This document shows, in pieces, positions 38,801 to 52,930 of a DNA stretch of 64,000 nt. The notes below the pieces were generated by a model. It was not told where the DNA came from. It saw only the letters and a program-made list of their open reading frames with translations, and made no database searches. The DNA comes from the human T2T-CHM13v2.0 reference genome, Homo sapiens: assembly GCF_009914755.1 (NCBI RefSeq), contig NC_060945.1. One strand, 5' to 3'. A program made the position numbers and the translations under genes. How positions within the stretch are numbered: position 1 is the first letter of the stretch; every line of letters begins with the position of its first letter.

Positions 38801-38992
38801 ATAGAGAGGTGGGGATGCTCTCCTAAGTGTCTTAACTGATTGGTTTGAAAACTCTTTTCTGGGGTCATAGGCTTCTTGCATAATTCCCAGAAATACCCAG
38901 AAAGCCTCCATGATAGGCAGTGGTGCCTGGACCTGCAGCTCTGAGGGAAGGAGCCTGGAGGAGAGGACTACCTGCACTGAGCAATAACCCAT

Positions 38993-39108
38993 TGATGAAT
39001 GGATTGATGAATGTATGGGTGGGTGGATGGATGGATGACTGGATGGGTGGACAGATGGATGAATGGACAGGTAGATGAATGAATGGATAGATGGGTGGAT
39101 AAATAAAT
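38993..39108. repeat. (GGAT)n low-complexity repeat
   Basis: Directly visible in the sequence. Confidence 0.9.
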
Positions 39109-39164
39109 AGAAAAGACTACAGAGCTTTGTACATGTGGCTGAGAGACCCACGTAAACTCAGGGA

Positions 39165-39930
39165 GCACCTACTGTAGTGGTGAAGCATGTAGCTGTTGGA
39201 GCCAGTCTGAGGGGGCCAAATCCCAGCTCTACTGCTTACATGGTTTAAAACAAAGGCACAAAATATTTGATGCTCCCTCTTCAAGAGATGGAGCCTACGT
39301 TCCTTCCCCTTACATGTTGGCTGGATTTAGTAACTCATTTCTGTTAAATAAAGTGGAAGTGATGGTGTGTAACTTTAGAGACTAAGTCTAAAGGGTGCTG
39401 TGGGTTTTCTCTTTCTCTCTGGAATTGTTTGCTTTGGGGAAAATTAGCTATCATGTTGTGAGGATACCAAGCAACTTATAGAGATGTCCACGTAGCAAGG
39501 AACTGAGGCCTCCTGTCAACAGCCATATTAGTGTATCATCTTGGAAGTGGATCCTCCAGCCCCAGTCAAGCCTTCAGATGACTGCAGCCCCAGCCAACAT
39601 CTTGATTGCAACCTCATAAGTACTCAGCTAAGTAGCTCCTGAATTCTAGATCTACAGAAGCTGTGAGACAATAAGTGTTGGTTGTTTTCAGCCACTAAGT
39701 TTTGGGGTAAATTGTACAGCAAGAGATAACTAATACAAAAGCTATGTGCCCTTGGACAAGTTAATTCACTCTCCTGTGCCTCTGTTTCCTTACTCATATA
39801 ATTAGGGTGGTAATAACAGAATCTACATTATAGAGGAGCAGTAAGGATTTTGTGAGTTAATACGTGTGAAGCACTTAGAACAGGGCTGGCATGCAGTAAA
39901 TACTCAATGAATGTTAGTTATAACTACTGT
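39165..39930 (+). mobile_element. MIR split by an MLT1 LTR
   Basis: CAAATCCCAGCTCTACTGCTTAC before the LTR; GCTATGTGCCCTTGGACAAGTTA..TGCCTCTGTTTCC..AGCACTTAGAACAG after it. Confidence 0.8.
39238..39737 (+). mobile_element. MLT1F/G-like MaLR solo LTR
   Basis: GGAACTGAGGCCTCCTG..CCAGTCAAGCCTTCAGATGACTGCAGCCCCAGCC, ending AGATAACTAATACA. Confidence 0.85.
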
Positions 39931-40820
39931 TATTGATAATTGCGTGATCTCAGGCAAACACAGAAAGAACAGGGAAGAAATAGAGTGCTTGCTGAATGAA
40001 GGAAAGGTGGAAATCAACACTAGTCTTAACCATTTGTCATGTACTGTCAATCCAAGCTCAGCCCAAGGGTTAGTGTGTTCATTGGCCAGTGAAGTTTGAC
40101 TGACCTTCACCGAGGGGGCCTTCTGTATGGTAGGGATTACACTCAGCCTGGCACTCTGTTTATCTCTCTAAATCCTCAGGGCCACCTTTTGTATGAATTG
40201 GTGTATCACATACTGTCGCCTTTCTAGACATGGTTGGAAAAATCTTCAACATTAACCTGGAAGAGCTTTACCAAACATCTTCGTTATTCATTTTTGAAAC
40301 AACTGAGAGTATCCATGGTCACTGGTGCTCAGGGAATCCCTAAGTCAGCAGAAGGGCTGGATACCATTGTGACCATTTTAATTAAAATTCTTATTTGACA
40401 AGAGCCAGATATTTGTATGTATATCAATGGCATAGAGCAAATCATGCCTTTTTTCCTGTCTCTCTGATACAAAAGTGAGATTTATAGATCCCACTCATTC
40501 TCTCTCAACTGGTTTCCTCTACTGGCTAGGAGTATATATGAACAACAGCTTGTTTTCAACTATTATTTACTCATTTTTTACCTTTTGGAGTGAAAAAAGG
40601 TTGTAAAGTTCCATCTCAGTGCAGAAATTCCTGAGGAAGAAAGCCCTCTCGAGACAATTCAGAGTGAAATGTTGGGCAAGACCCAGCATTATGTTTCTCC
40701 CCCAGTCCTCCCTGAGACTGAGCCAGTATCCAAGGAGCTTCACTCCTTGAGCTCACAGAACAGTTGACCAACGAACTCTCGGCTGCACGTGGCTGCTGTC
40801 AAATTCCTGGGTATCCAGAC

Positions 40821-41287
40821 TATGATGGTTAATTTTATATATCAACTCGACTGGGCATGGGGCACCCAGATATTTGGTTAAACAACCTTCTAGATACTTC
40901 CGTGAGAGTGGTTCTGGATGAGATTAGCATTTGAATCAATAGACTGAATAAAACTGATTGCCCTTATTCAATCTGCTGAAGCCCTGAACAGAACAAAAAG
41001 GCAAAGTAAAAGAGAATCTGCTCCCTTTGCCTGACTGTACTACAGCTGGGACACTGGTCTTCTCTTCCTTTTGGACTTGGACTTGGACTAGGACTACATC
41101 ATTAGCTTTCCTGGGTCTCCAGGAAACTGCAGGTCTTGGGAATTCTGAGCCTCCATAACTGTGTGAGCCAATGCTTGTAATAAATCATGTATATTTGTAT
41201 CTGCATAGACAGATGTATATCTCTCTCTTTCTATCTCTTCATCCATCCTATTGATTATATTTCTCTGGAGAACCCAGACTACATACA
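40821..41287 (+). mobile_element. MLT2 (ERVL) solo LTR
   Basis: T.TGATGGTTAATTTTAT.T.TCAACT.GACTGG start; TTTCTCTGGAGAACCC.GACTA.ATACA end. Confidence 0.88.
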
Positions 41288-42497
41288 CACTGTATAGAAT
41301 GCAGCCACCATCACTGTGACACCCTCCTGGCGCTTCTTTAACCCATGAACCCAGTATCTAGCTGCTCGCCAGGACAGTCCATTCTCCCAAGGGACAGCGC
41401 TCAGTAGCTCTGCAGAGGTTCCCATCAAGGACACTGGGCCTGAGGATCATGTTGGTTGTGAATGTCGCTATTATCTCTAGAGCTGAATGGAAGATTTCTA
41501 ACTAATCTCAAGGAACCTGTCCATTAGATGTCAAAGAATAAAAAGGTTCGGTTCTCACGACCCTAGTCAGAAATAACAATGCCAAGGTGTAGGGTTCCTC
41601 TTTTCTCTCTAATTCTCTTCAGGGGCTGAGAATTCTTGTGTGTTGCCTTACTTGGCATTTGCCAATTGATGCTGACAACTTGAAACTCTCAAATTAGGGG
41701 AGGAATTCCCAAGGTGTAGGCAGGGATAATGAAAGATGATCTAGAAATAGTCGTGGTAATCTGATAACTTGCCAAGTTCCTCTGATGTGCTCTTCTCTTT
41801 TTCTTCTCTGGACAGCTCTTATGTTGGTTTTGGTCTAAAAGAAGAGTGACAGGTGCCTGTTGGGGAATTTAACACTGGCTCTCACATTGTCCTGGGCCGA
41901 ACATAAACCTGTAATTTGATCAAGTGCTTCTGACAGGTGTATGCACATGCTTGTTTCACTCGGATCTGTCTTGAGGGAGTTGCTTCTTAGAAATTTCTGT
42001 ACTGAGTCAGATTCTTCATAACTTTTCTTTCATGCTAAAAGGTAAAACATGAGTGACTTTAAAAATCTTTCTATTCATTCAACCTTTTGTCGCTGAGTAC
42101 ACATGTGGCTGGTGAAATTTGCTAGTGACTCAACCAGAAAGAGAGCAGGAGAGAGGACGAAGAGAGGAGAAGTAGAGGGAGCGACCCAAATCACATTTTC
42201 TAGAAGGTCATACCTCTGAGTAGTAACCTTGGTTCAGTGAGACCACTCACCCATGGAGCTCCTGTGTAATTTGAGGTCAGGGTGTGTGATGCTGGTCTCA
42301 GTTGGTTGCTGAATGGGATGAACACCAGCTGCCCTATTTCTTCATTAAGGGGAAAGAAGTCTGTCTTGTGCATACACTGGGGACTGGCCTTGGCCCATCA
42401 CATTACTGTCCTGTTGCTTCTTTCATTCCACAAATGTTATTTGTTCAGGTGGTCACCAGGTAGACAATAGAAGGGGAGGGGTGGCTCGCAAGGAGGG

Positions 42498-43130
42498 TGG
42501 ATTAGTTTCCTGCAGCCGCAGTAACAAATTACCACAAACTTGGAGGCTTAGAACAATAAAAAATCATTCCTTCCCATTTCTGGAGGCCAGAAGTCTGAAA
42601 TCAGGGTGTCCTCAGGGCTGTGCATACTCTGAAGCCTCTAGAGGAAGGTCCTTTCTTGCTTCTTCTGGCTTCTCAGGGAGTCGTGTTAGCACGTAGGCTG
42701 GTCATTTGGAACAAAATGCAAGCTGACTGCCCAGCCGAGCCAGCGGGGTCAAAGAGCTCAGTCTAAAAATTAAACTATTGAAAGCACTACAAGAAAACAA
42801 GGGAGCATTATTTTATATTGGTTTTATAGGAATAGAGGAGGCCTTTCCAAGTGTAACGTGGTGGCCCCAGGCATTCCTTGGCTGGTGGCTGCATCACTCC
42901 AGTCTCTGCCTCCATCTTCACGTGACCTTCTCTGTGTGTCTCTTATAAGGGCAATTGTCATTGGATTTAGGGGCCACCAGGATAATCCAGGATGATCTCA
43001 TCTTGAGACCCCTAACCTAATTACATCCTTATAGGAAAAAGACCGTTTTCCCTATAAGGCCCCATTCATCGGTACTGGGGCCTAGGATGTGGACATATCT
43101 TTTTAGTGGTCACCAGTCAACTCACTACAG
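42498..43130 (-). mobile_element. MLT1C/D-like LTR carrying a 175-bp templated insertion
   Basis: GTAACAAATTACCACAAACTTG..TCTGGAGGCCAGAAGTCTGAAATCA before the insert; GGTGG..CATTCCTTGGCT..GCATCACTCCA after it. Confidence 0.85.
42683..42857 (+). repeat. Direct 175-bp copy of 45105-45279
   Basis: Ungapped alignment with about 26 mismatches (~85% identity), counted by eye. Confidence 0.93.
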
Positions 43131-44448
43131 ATGGGTTGGTGCTTAAGCAGTGAGCAGAGTGGTCCTCTGTCCGCCCAGGGGTGTTCCTTGGGGTGGGGCC
43201 AATTCTGGGTCCTGCTGCTCATCCCTGGGCCATCTGTCCCTGCAGCCTATTGGGAAGTTCTGCAAATCCAGTGGCCTCCACTAGATCAGGAGTGATGGGG
43301 AAGGAACACAGGGCTGCTTCAGGGAGCAGCGGGCTCAGCCCTGCCAGTTAGTGGGGAACCGCGCTCCGGCCAAATCAGAGCTGGAACATTCAAGCCAGCC
43401 TTTGTTTTCCCAAGTAAATCCAGCTTGCTTCCATACTGTTTCTCAGTCTCTGGCGTCAAGCGAGGGAAGCATTCCTGGAAAAATATGTCCTCTGAATCAT
43501 ATTACCATCCTGATTTACATTATAATTTCTTCAGCTATGTATTCCCAGAGGGAGGAAATTGGCTACGAGACATCACCAAAAATTCACACATAAGCACAAA
43601 GCAAGCCTGAAAGAAAAATCCTATTTGCAGAAAAAGGAGCCAGTGTTGCAAATGTGGCTTCCCCCATGACAGAAATGGCCCTGGTTACCAGCAAGAGGCA
43701 GCAGGGAAGAAGCCCCCCTTTCTGGAGGGATTTTCCAGGTTCTTGCTTTTTTAAAAACAGCATTTAAAGAGAGCAGCTTGAATAAATCCTTCCTCAGGGT
43801 TTCCTGGAGTGATCATCTTGTTCCTCCCTTCTCCCCTCCTCCTTCTCTGTCTTCTCTACCCTCTCTTCCTTCTTTAAGCCCACTGGCTTCTTTAGTTTTT
43901 ATTTGCGCATTGCAGATAACACTTCTCTGCTGAGGACCTCTAGGTGCACTGTCTCTTTAAGGGCCAGAATGGTCTGTTTTCCCTGCTTAACATATTTGTT
44001 TGTTCGTTTGCATGAAAAGGGTAGGAAAGACCAAAGCCTGGCAGGGAGGTAGAAAGGAAGACAGGACAGAAGCCAACCCCAAGGGAGTGAGATGCACAGA
44101 GTTCCGGTGTGGGGAGCCTGAAGTGGCCCCACAGAGCTGGGGTCTGGACCTGGGGACAGGCTTCTTTCTTGGTGCGTCCCAGGGGAAGGAGCAATTATAT
44201 GAAGTGGCAGAGGGAGAAAGGATCCCTTCTGCAGTGGGGGTGAGCTGGCTTCTCATCATGCCTACTGCACTGGCTGAGTGGGCAGGAGGCCAGGCATGAA
44301 TCTTTCTGATGGTCTGAGAGGCACAGTGACCACGTTTGGTGAGCCTGCCCTAAACAGAGGAAAGATGTTCTGTGTCACACCTACTCCAACAACAACTGAA
44401 CTGGTCTCTAGTAATAAACAAGAAATGATCAAACTGCCCTATAATTGT

Positions 44449-44904
44449 TGTCTGAGTCTCCTTGGGCTGTCATAACGAAGTATCACAAACAGGTGGCTTG
44501 AACGACAGAAATGTATGGTCTCACAGTTCTGGAGGCTGGAAGCCTGAGATCCAGGTGTTGGCAGGGTTGGTTCCTCCTGAGGCTGTGAAGGGAGGTCTGG
44601 TCCAGGCCTCTCCCCCGGGTTATGGTAGTTGCTGGCGATCTTTGGCTCTTGTTGCATCACCCTGACTTCTGATGTCATCTTCACACGGCCTTCTCCCCGT
44701 GCACATGTCTGTGTCCAAATTTCCACTCCATTTTTTTTTTTTTATGAGGACACCAGCCACATCGGACTACGGTCTGCTCTTCTCCAGTAGGACCTCATCT
44801 AACTTAACTAATTACATCTGCAATGGGCCTATTTCCCAATAAGATCATATTCTTAGGTACTAAGGGTTAGGACTTCACCATATGAATTTTGGGGAACACA
44901 AACA
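44449..44904 (-). mobile_element. MLT1B/C-like LTR
   Basis: CTCACAGTTCTGGAGGCTGGAAG..GGCAGGGTTGGTTCCT..AATTACATCTGCAA..GGGTTAGGACTTCA.CATATGAATTTTGGGG. Confidence 0.88.
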
Positions 44905-45782
44905 GTAATTGTGAAGTGTTATGTTAGCATAGGAAGGTTAGGGGAACTCAGACTGGTATTTGAAACAGTTACCCTAGCCTAAGGTTAGGAATATTATTTG
45001 GAAACCATTGTTTTCTTTTGCTAAAGTGGGTGGGATAAAATCAGGAAGTACAAAGCTGAAGACCACTTAAGTCCATGGAGGAAAGCCAGATTATTCGGTG
45101 AAAAGTGTTAGGACATCGGCTGGTCTTCCAGCAAACAATGCAAGCTGGCTGCCCAGCCGAGTCAGCGGGGTCAAAGATCTCAGTCTAAAAATTAAACTGT
45201 TGAAAGCACTATGAGAAAACAAGGGAGAATGACTTTAAGTGAATTTTATAGGAATAGAGAAGGCCTTTCCAAGTATAACATAAAACTGAGATGGCAGAAA
45301 GAAACATGTCAATAACTTTCACTACATAAAATAAATATATTTTGCAGGTAAAATACCATTAACAAAAAAATCAATAAGACAAATGACAGACTATGAAAGA
45401 TATCTGCAAAACATAAAACTGACAAGGGAGTCATTTCCTTTATATAAAGCCAGCCATTACAAATCAACTAGAAAAAAGAAAAAATCAATTAGGAAATGGG
45501 CAAAGAGAAGAAAAGGAAACACCAGTAAATATATTGAAAGATGCCCAACTACATGCTAGAAAACACGAATGACACCCGTTTTCACTTATCCTACTGGCAA
45601 AGATCAATGAGTTGTTTCTACCCAGTGTGGATGAAAATAGGTAGACAAAGGCGTGCCTGTCTCTGGAGGTAGGATTGGAAATCAAATGATCCTTTGTAGG
45701 AGGGCAATTTGGCAATATCTTTAAAAGCAAAATATGCATATCCTCTTTTATCCCATCAATCTCACTTCTAAGAATCTATCCT

Positions 45783-46434
<652 letters not shown>

Positions 46435-47091
46435 TTACTGCACTGTTATTTGTAACAAAAAAAGTAGAAAGCTGTCTATAATATTCTCTAGAGCACTAGT
46501 TATAGAAATGATCGTATGTCCATCAAATAAAGTATTATTTTGCAATTTAAAAAGAACAAGTTAATGTGTTAATAAAGATTTGTGGTATATGTTAAATTAA
46601 TAAAGAGCAGTTGACCATATACAAAATCATCCACTTCCATTTGTGTAACAAAATAGGAATATGTATGAATACATGTTACAGTATACCTGAAGAGGCATAG
46701 AACGTTTCCAGAAAGGCACTCAAGTGACAGTGAGCACGGCTTCTATCCAAGCAGAGGGACTGCAGAACAGAGGATGGAAAGGGATGTATTTTTCATTATC
46801 TATCCTTTATACCATTTGAATGTCTTATCCTGTGCAAGCATTACTTTTAATGTAAAAACACCCGAATTAAAATTTAAAAAATGAGGAACAGAAGATTAAT
46901 CCTTCTCTGTGGACAAAGAAGGATTTGCTGTGGGGTACTCATACGTGCTCTCTTGATACCCGGTTGAGGAGGGGGACAGGTGAAATCTAATTTCTTTAGA
47001 CTGAAGCAGATGGAGGGAGACTCATCACTCCAGTCCAACTGGCTGTGAAGGTGGAGGAAGCTAGTGTCTGGGAAGGAGAGAATGCCTATGA

Positions 47092-47470
<379 letters not shown>

Positions 47471-50400
47471 TCTGTGTGAAGTCTTAATCGGGACACGGGT
47501 GGAGACAGGGACCCGTGCATTTATTTGGTCATGGCCTCAAATTCACATGCAGCAGGTGTCAGGATGTAGGCTTGACAGGAAGGAAGGCAGGGGTTGAAAA
47601 AATGGAGGGTGGGCAGAGGTGGGGTGGGCTGGGACAAAACCCAGAGAGCACTCTTCTTAAAGGCAGGCAAATTCAGACTTGCAATACACATTCTGCTGAA
47701 CGAAGCTAATTTCTGAGGAAAGTGAGGCCCAGAGTGGTTAAGTGATTCATGATGGTATCAGGGAGGGCCCTGAGGGTTCTGATCACTCCCAGCACTTGAT
47801 CCAAAGGCCCCAGGCCCTTGGAGGCATTTCAGTGGCTGGCTTGGGTTAAAACTGCATGACAGGCGCCTCTTAACCTGGGCCTCTTGGGCCTGGAAAATTG
47901 GCTGCTGGAAGGGAGAAAGGCTAAGGGTAGCGTCCCAGCCGGTATCTCAGCAACGCGGGGTTACAGGCCGCAGGATGAGTGCTCCAGCTGACCCAGACTC
48001 ACCACTTTTCAGTTGTCATGCAAGCAAGCAAACACTTCCCAATTCCAGGCCAGAAATCTTTCTAAACTGTGGCAGCCGCTTCCCTTTCTTCACAAGCAGA
48101 CGGCACTGGGTATAATTTAAGCTTTTTCTTCATGTCTCCGTGCCATCTTGCTGAAACATCAGCTACTGTTCTGTCCTTCAATGCAGACCTGGCCTCAGGA
48201 GATTGTAAGGTGGGTAGAAACATTGGCTTTTCTCATAAAGGATTCCAGACAGTGACGTGTTTGGGCTTTTTTTCTTTGATTTATAGCTCTGGGCTTTTTT
48301 TCCATTCACTGTCAGACTTGCCTCTTGTTGCTCTCAATGTGCCTGTTTTATAGCAAATCCATCTCCTCCCTTTATTTGCTGCTTTGGTCTCCTCTGGTCT
48401 GGGAGACCAGTCAGCTCTGAGCTTGTTAGGATTTCTTATTAGAAAAACAATAAATAAAAAGGACACACCTCTGCTTAGCTTCCAGCATCGGTCTTAGATG
48501 CTGGGATGGACTGCACGGGCATTGTGGCATCTTCTGTGATTGCATTTCTCCCCTCAGTTTGGAGTTCTTAGTTGTATTCTAGAGTCTAGATGGATAAAGT
48601 TGCTAGATAAACAAGTGCCAGATGATGGAATGGTTTCTTTGTTCTACCAATAGCATATTCAATAACTGTGGATGATTTAAAGTGTTTTTGTTCACTGAGT
48701 CCTACCATCTGAGATGGAAGGTGTCCTTCTTATCTGACCTGTTTTAGGCATAAAACACATGAATGAGAAATAGAGAACTCTCTATTTCTATAGCTGATTT
48801 TTAAAGAGCTTGGCAGACAGGTGTTTCTTCTTCTTTATTTTTCTCTTATAAGGATAATTTTAGAGCAAAACTGTTCTAACATATTTGAATTATATGTGAT
48901 GGGATTCCCAGCTCATCTCATTCAAATTCAACCTAAAAAAGAAGCATTACCTGCTAATTCCTTATTAGTAAGCACTTTTTCTAACTTGACATTTTTAGAT
49001 GTTTGAACCATCTGTCATTTTACAGGCAAATGGAACCTCTTGAGTACTAGAGATACACCCGTATTTTAAAAGCATTTTTTTTTTTTTAAAATCTACTACA
49101 TTCTAGATTCTATGCTATGTTTTTTTTTATCATCTAATTTAATAATCATTGAAACCTAGCCAGGCAGGAATCTCATCAGATAAAGAATATGAGGTCCAGG
49201 GAAATCAGATCAGTCAGTCAAGGACACAGCTAATGAGCAGGAGGGACAGGGCATGAGTGAAAGGGCTCTGGACACAAGTCCAGGGCTTTTCCTAATGAGC
49301 CTAACCTTCGTTTTTCAGCTTAATGGGATGTGTGACACAACCCACTGTTGGCCAGGCTTATTCTGTGATATCGGACTCAATGACCCAAGGGGTGGGGGAG
49401 AGGGGTGCAGATGCCAGATAAGGCACCAGAGATTATTCACTTATGAGACATGTCTTCCATGATGGTTGGTTGGAACCCAGACTTAGGTGCCTAGTAAGTA
49501 TTAATATTTTTCTCTTAGTTGTACTATTTTGAAAAACTTACTAGACACAAGGACATGATGAAAGTGTTGGCTGAAGTATCACATCCAAAGAGGGGATGAT
49601 GGCAGTCAAATGGAACAGGTTTGAATATGTTTCATGAATATAATTCTATTGTAGTAGAGATACATTTAGATATATGTATTGTAGATATACACCAAAGGTG
49701 CATATATCATTGGTGATATAAATCACCATATATCGTTGGTGATAAATCAAAGGTGATATAAATCAATGGATATCTGAATGATGTATGTATATGTATAATA
49801 TATCTCTATTCTCTCTGTTCCTCTATCTATTGAAGTGCAGGAGGAAATGAGAAGTCCCATTACAGGAAAGCTTGCAGAGTCTACAGCTTTTCAAAAGCAG
49901 TCACTTTCTGGTGGACAGAGCCCTAGTAATGAAGAAAATGGTGCTCTCCACCCTCCACCATACTTAGTGAGATGAAATTTTGACTAATTGCTCTGCAATC
50001 ACTTCAAAATCATACATACTAAAAAGTCTGATGAATGATAAGAAGTGTCACTTGAAGCAAATTCATAAGCAAAGTATATTTTCTTTTTCTTCTTACTTCC
50101 CCCTTTCAGTGGTTTCCATCTTGTTTTCCTCTGACCTTTTAAGGGGCTCACTGTTCTCATCCTGTCTCTTTGTTATCAGAGCCTCCCAATAGAGGAGAGT
50201 TACAGTTCAGGTCGAACATTCACGGCATGACTTATCTGTCCATCTATCTAACCACAGTCCTCATTCTTAATACATACTAGGCACTCAGTAAATTTCTATC
50301 TTCTCTCTCTTCCTTCCTCTCTCCATTCATTCCTGCCAAGAATTAACAATCTATTGGTGAGAAGAAACCAATTACCACTGAGTATCAGACAAATGACATG

Positions 50401-51455
50401 TCATGCCGGGCTATGTTTATGTTGAAACTCATGGCCCACCGTGAAAGAAAAGGGTTAGTCTCTTAACACATGAAGTATTGGGAGATGAGTGCAAGGGACG
50501 TGGTGGGCTGGGACTTTCACCCACACCATTGCTTCCTATCAGGGAAGCAGTAGTGTCTCCCTGTCAACTAGATGGCTTGGGTCTCAGGCAGAGTCAAAAG
50601 TTGGGTCTCACATGGCCAAGACACCAACTCACAGATTCTCCATTAATGACCCCCACTCCTGCATTCGTAGGGAATTTAATTTTAGATAAATTATTTCAAA
50701 AAATAGAAATACTCTTATCCCTCTGCAATAAACTACAGATTATCCTTATAAAAATCCTTTCTTTCTCAGTATAAGATTATGCAATTAAAATTGTTTGATT
50801 GACATATGATATAATTATTTCAAAATATCTATATATTTGATAAATTACCAGTGACTATGCTTCTTCATGTCATCATTATGAACTACTCAATGTTCAAAGG
50901 TTTATCATTTTCCATGTAATTATTTTTACATTCAAGGCTTTCTACTCTATAGCATGAACCTGACAATAACGATTCCTCCTTGAATCTGTATTGAAGTTTA
51001 TAAAGCTTCAAGGACTTGTCAATGATACATAAAAAGTTAATTAAAATCATTCAAGGACTGCCTACCATAAGACTTGCAATAAACTGTCTGTTTGCATTGA
51101 AATGATGGGGTGCTCTGTGGGGTAGATTTTCACCTCCAGCCAATGTCTACTGTGGAGCTGCATGCTTGCATTTGTAATGGGCATTGCTGGGATAAAAGGT
51201 CTCAGCTGTGACAGTCTTAGGAAACCTCAGGATTTTTCAATTTTCCAAAGGCCTAAGAGTATTTTCTTGAAATTTCGGCATGGTGCCACAGCTACCAACC
51301 ATGACACCTGGCTCAGTGAATAGTCTATGGCCACAGCCAGGGCACAAATGTGAATTTTAAAAATTCCACAAAGCCCCTCCTTTTCCAAACAGAAATTGGA
51401 CATAAATATTCGTACATCAAAGTAACATATTAATGGGTGATACTTCAGGTTACTT

Positions 51456-51766
51456 CTTTTTTCTTTTCTTTTTTTTTTTTTTTGAGATAGAGTCTTGCTC
51501 TGTTGCCCAGGCTGGAGTGCAGTGGCGTGATCTTGGCTCACTGCAACCTCTGCTTCCTACCGGGATCAAGCAATTCTCTTCCTCAGTCTCCTGAGTAGCT
51601 GGGATTGCAGGCATCTGCCACCATACCCGGCTAAGTTTTGTATTTTTAGTAGAGACCAAGGTTTCACCATCTTGGCCAGGCTGGTCTTGAACTCCCAACC
51701 TCGTGATCCACCTGCCTCAGCCTCCTAAAGTGCTGGGATTACAGGCATGAGCCACCGTACCTGGCC
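51456..51766 (-). mobile_element. AluS (Sg/Sc-like)
   Basis: Full length. TSD CAGGTTACTT at 51446-51455 and 51767-51776. Confidence 0.92.
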
Positions 51767-52757
51767 CAGGTTACTTTTTCAATTCCAAGCTAAGCAAGCT
51801 TAGGTCACACCTTTGAGGAATAAGGACAGAGACAGATAATTGAATTGTGTGGGGCTGAGAGTGCAGGGTTTCCAACCCCTGAAGCCACTGCAAGGGCAGA
51901 TGGCCAGGTATGGCTAGGACAACAATTTCCTGGCACCCCTAGGCTCAGGTGTAGGGGGGCCTCTGTCAGGACCTCTAAGGATTCCCACAGGGTCTTCATT
52001 TACTAGACTGGAAGTGAGAGACATCTCCCTCCCCTCCCTTATTGGGGGCTGTGATGCTCCCAAATCTTAACTTTCTGATGATTTATCTTCAATGAGGGTG
52101 AAGTGCTGGGCATTTTGACACCCTCCCAGCCTGCTTGGCACAGCCTGCTCAGAGCTCTGGCAGCTCTTGTTGGAAGGTGGGAACTATTGACACCTATTGA
52201 ATGGGAGCATCAGCTGAGACCGACTTCTAAGGAGTTCCTCTGAGGTGTCCCGTATCTTCCTGATTCACAGTTTGGCTTCTGGCTAGAATGGTTTCCAGGA
52301 ACATCTTCAGCCACTGCTCAGTGATTACGGTCTCTGTTCTAGCTTTGCTCAGTTTTTGGCAAATCCAAAATCTGATTTTGGATATGACAGTGGGATATAG
52401 TGAGACATGGTTGGAGGCCACTCGGCAGGGGTGGAATCTGTGTGAGTAACCGCGCACCTGTGCTCACAGGAAAGCACAGCCGTTAGAACTCCTTAGACCC
52501 TGCAGGCAGGCCCCGCTAAGTTAAATAGTGACAGGGACATGAACATATTCATTCAATGTGCTTTTGCTATGATCCACCACTCTGGATCAAACATATTTTT
52601 TGAGACGTTTTGCTGTATAATTAAAAAAAAGGTTTCTCTAACCTCAGCTGATGGCCCATTTATTTCAAGCAGTTTGGGATGTCGTGGCATTCCAGCACTT
52701 AGTCATTTGGGGTTTGAGGCAGTGGAATTTGATATGTGTGTCCATTTCCATGGATTG

Positions 52758-52930
52758 CATTAGGACAAATACTTAATGCATGCGGGGCTTAAAACCTAGA
52801 TGACAGGTTGATGGGCGCAACAAACCACCATGGCACATGTATACCTATGTAACAAAGCTGCATGTTCTGCACAAGTATCCCAGAACTTAAAGTAAAAACA
52901 AAAACCAAAAAATCCCAAAAAACAAAAAAC
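52758..52930 (+). mobile_element. Very short L1PA (about L1PA7) 3' end
   Basis: TAGGACAAATAC.TAATGCATGCGGGGCTTAAAACCTAGATGA..CCCAGAACTTAAAGTAAAA plus an A-rich tail. Confidence 0.9.

Noticed and set aside
40780-41450. VKFLGIQ-like peptide next to the MLT2 LTR, suggesting an ERVL reverse-transcriptase remnant
   Set aside because: I could not extend the similarity on either side, so it is probably chance. A tblastn against ERVL Pol would settle it.
48003-48019. MTTEK start resembling the N-terminus of EPB41
   Set aside because: The similarity stops after five residues at a splice donor, which is not enough to assign a gene symbol.
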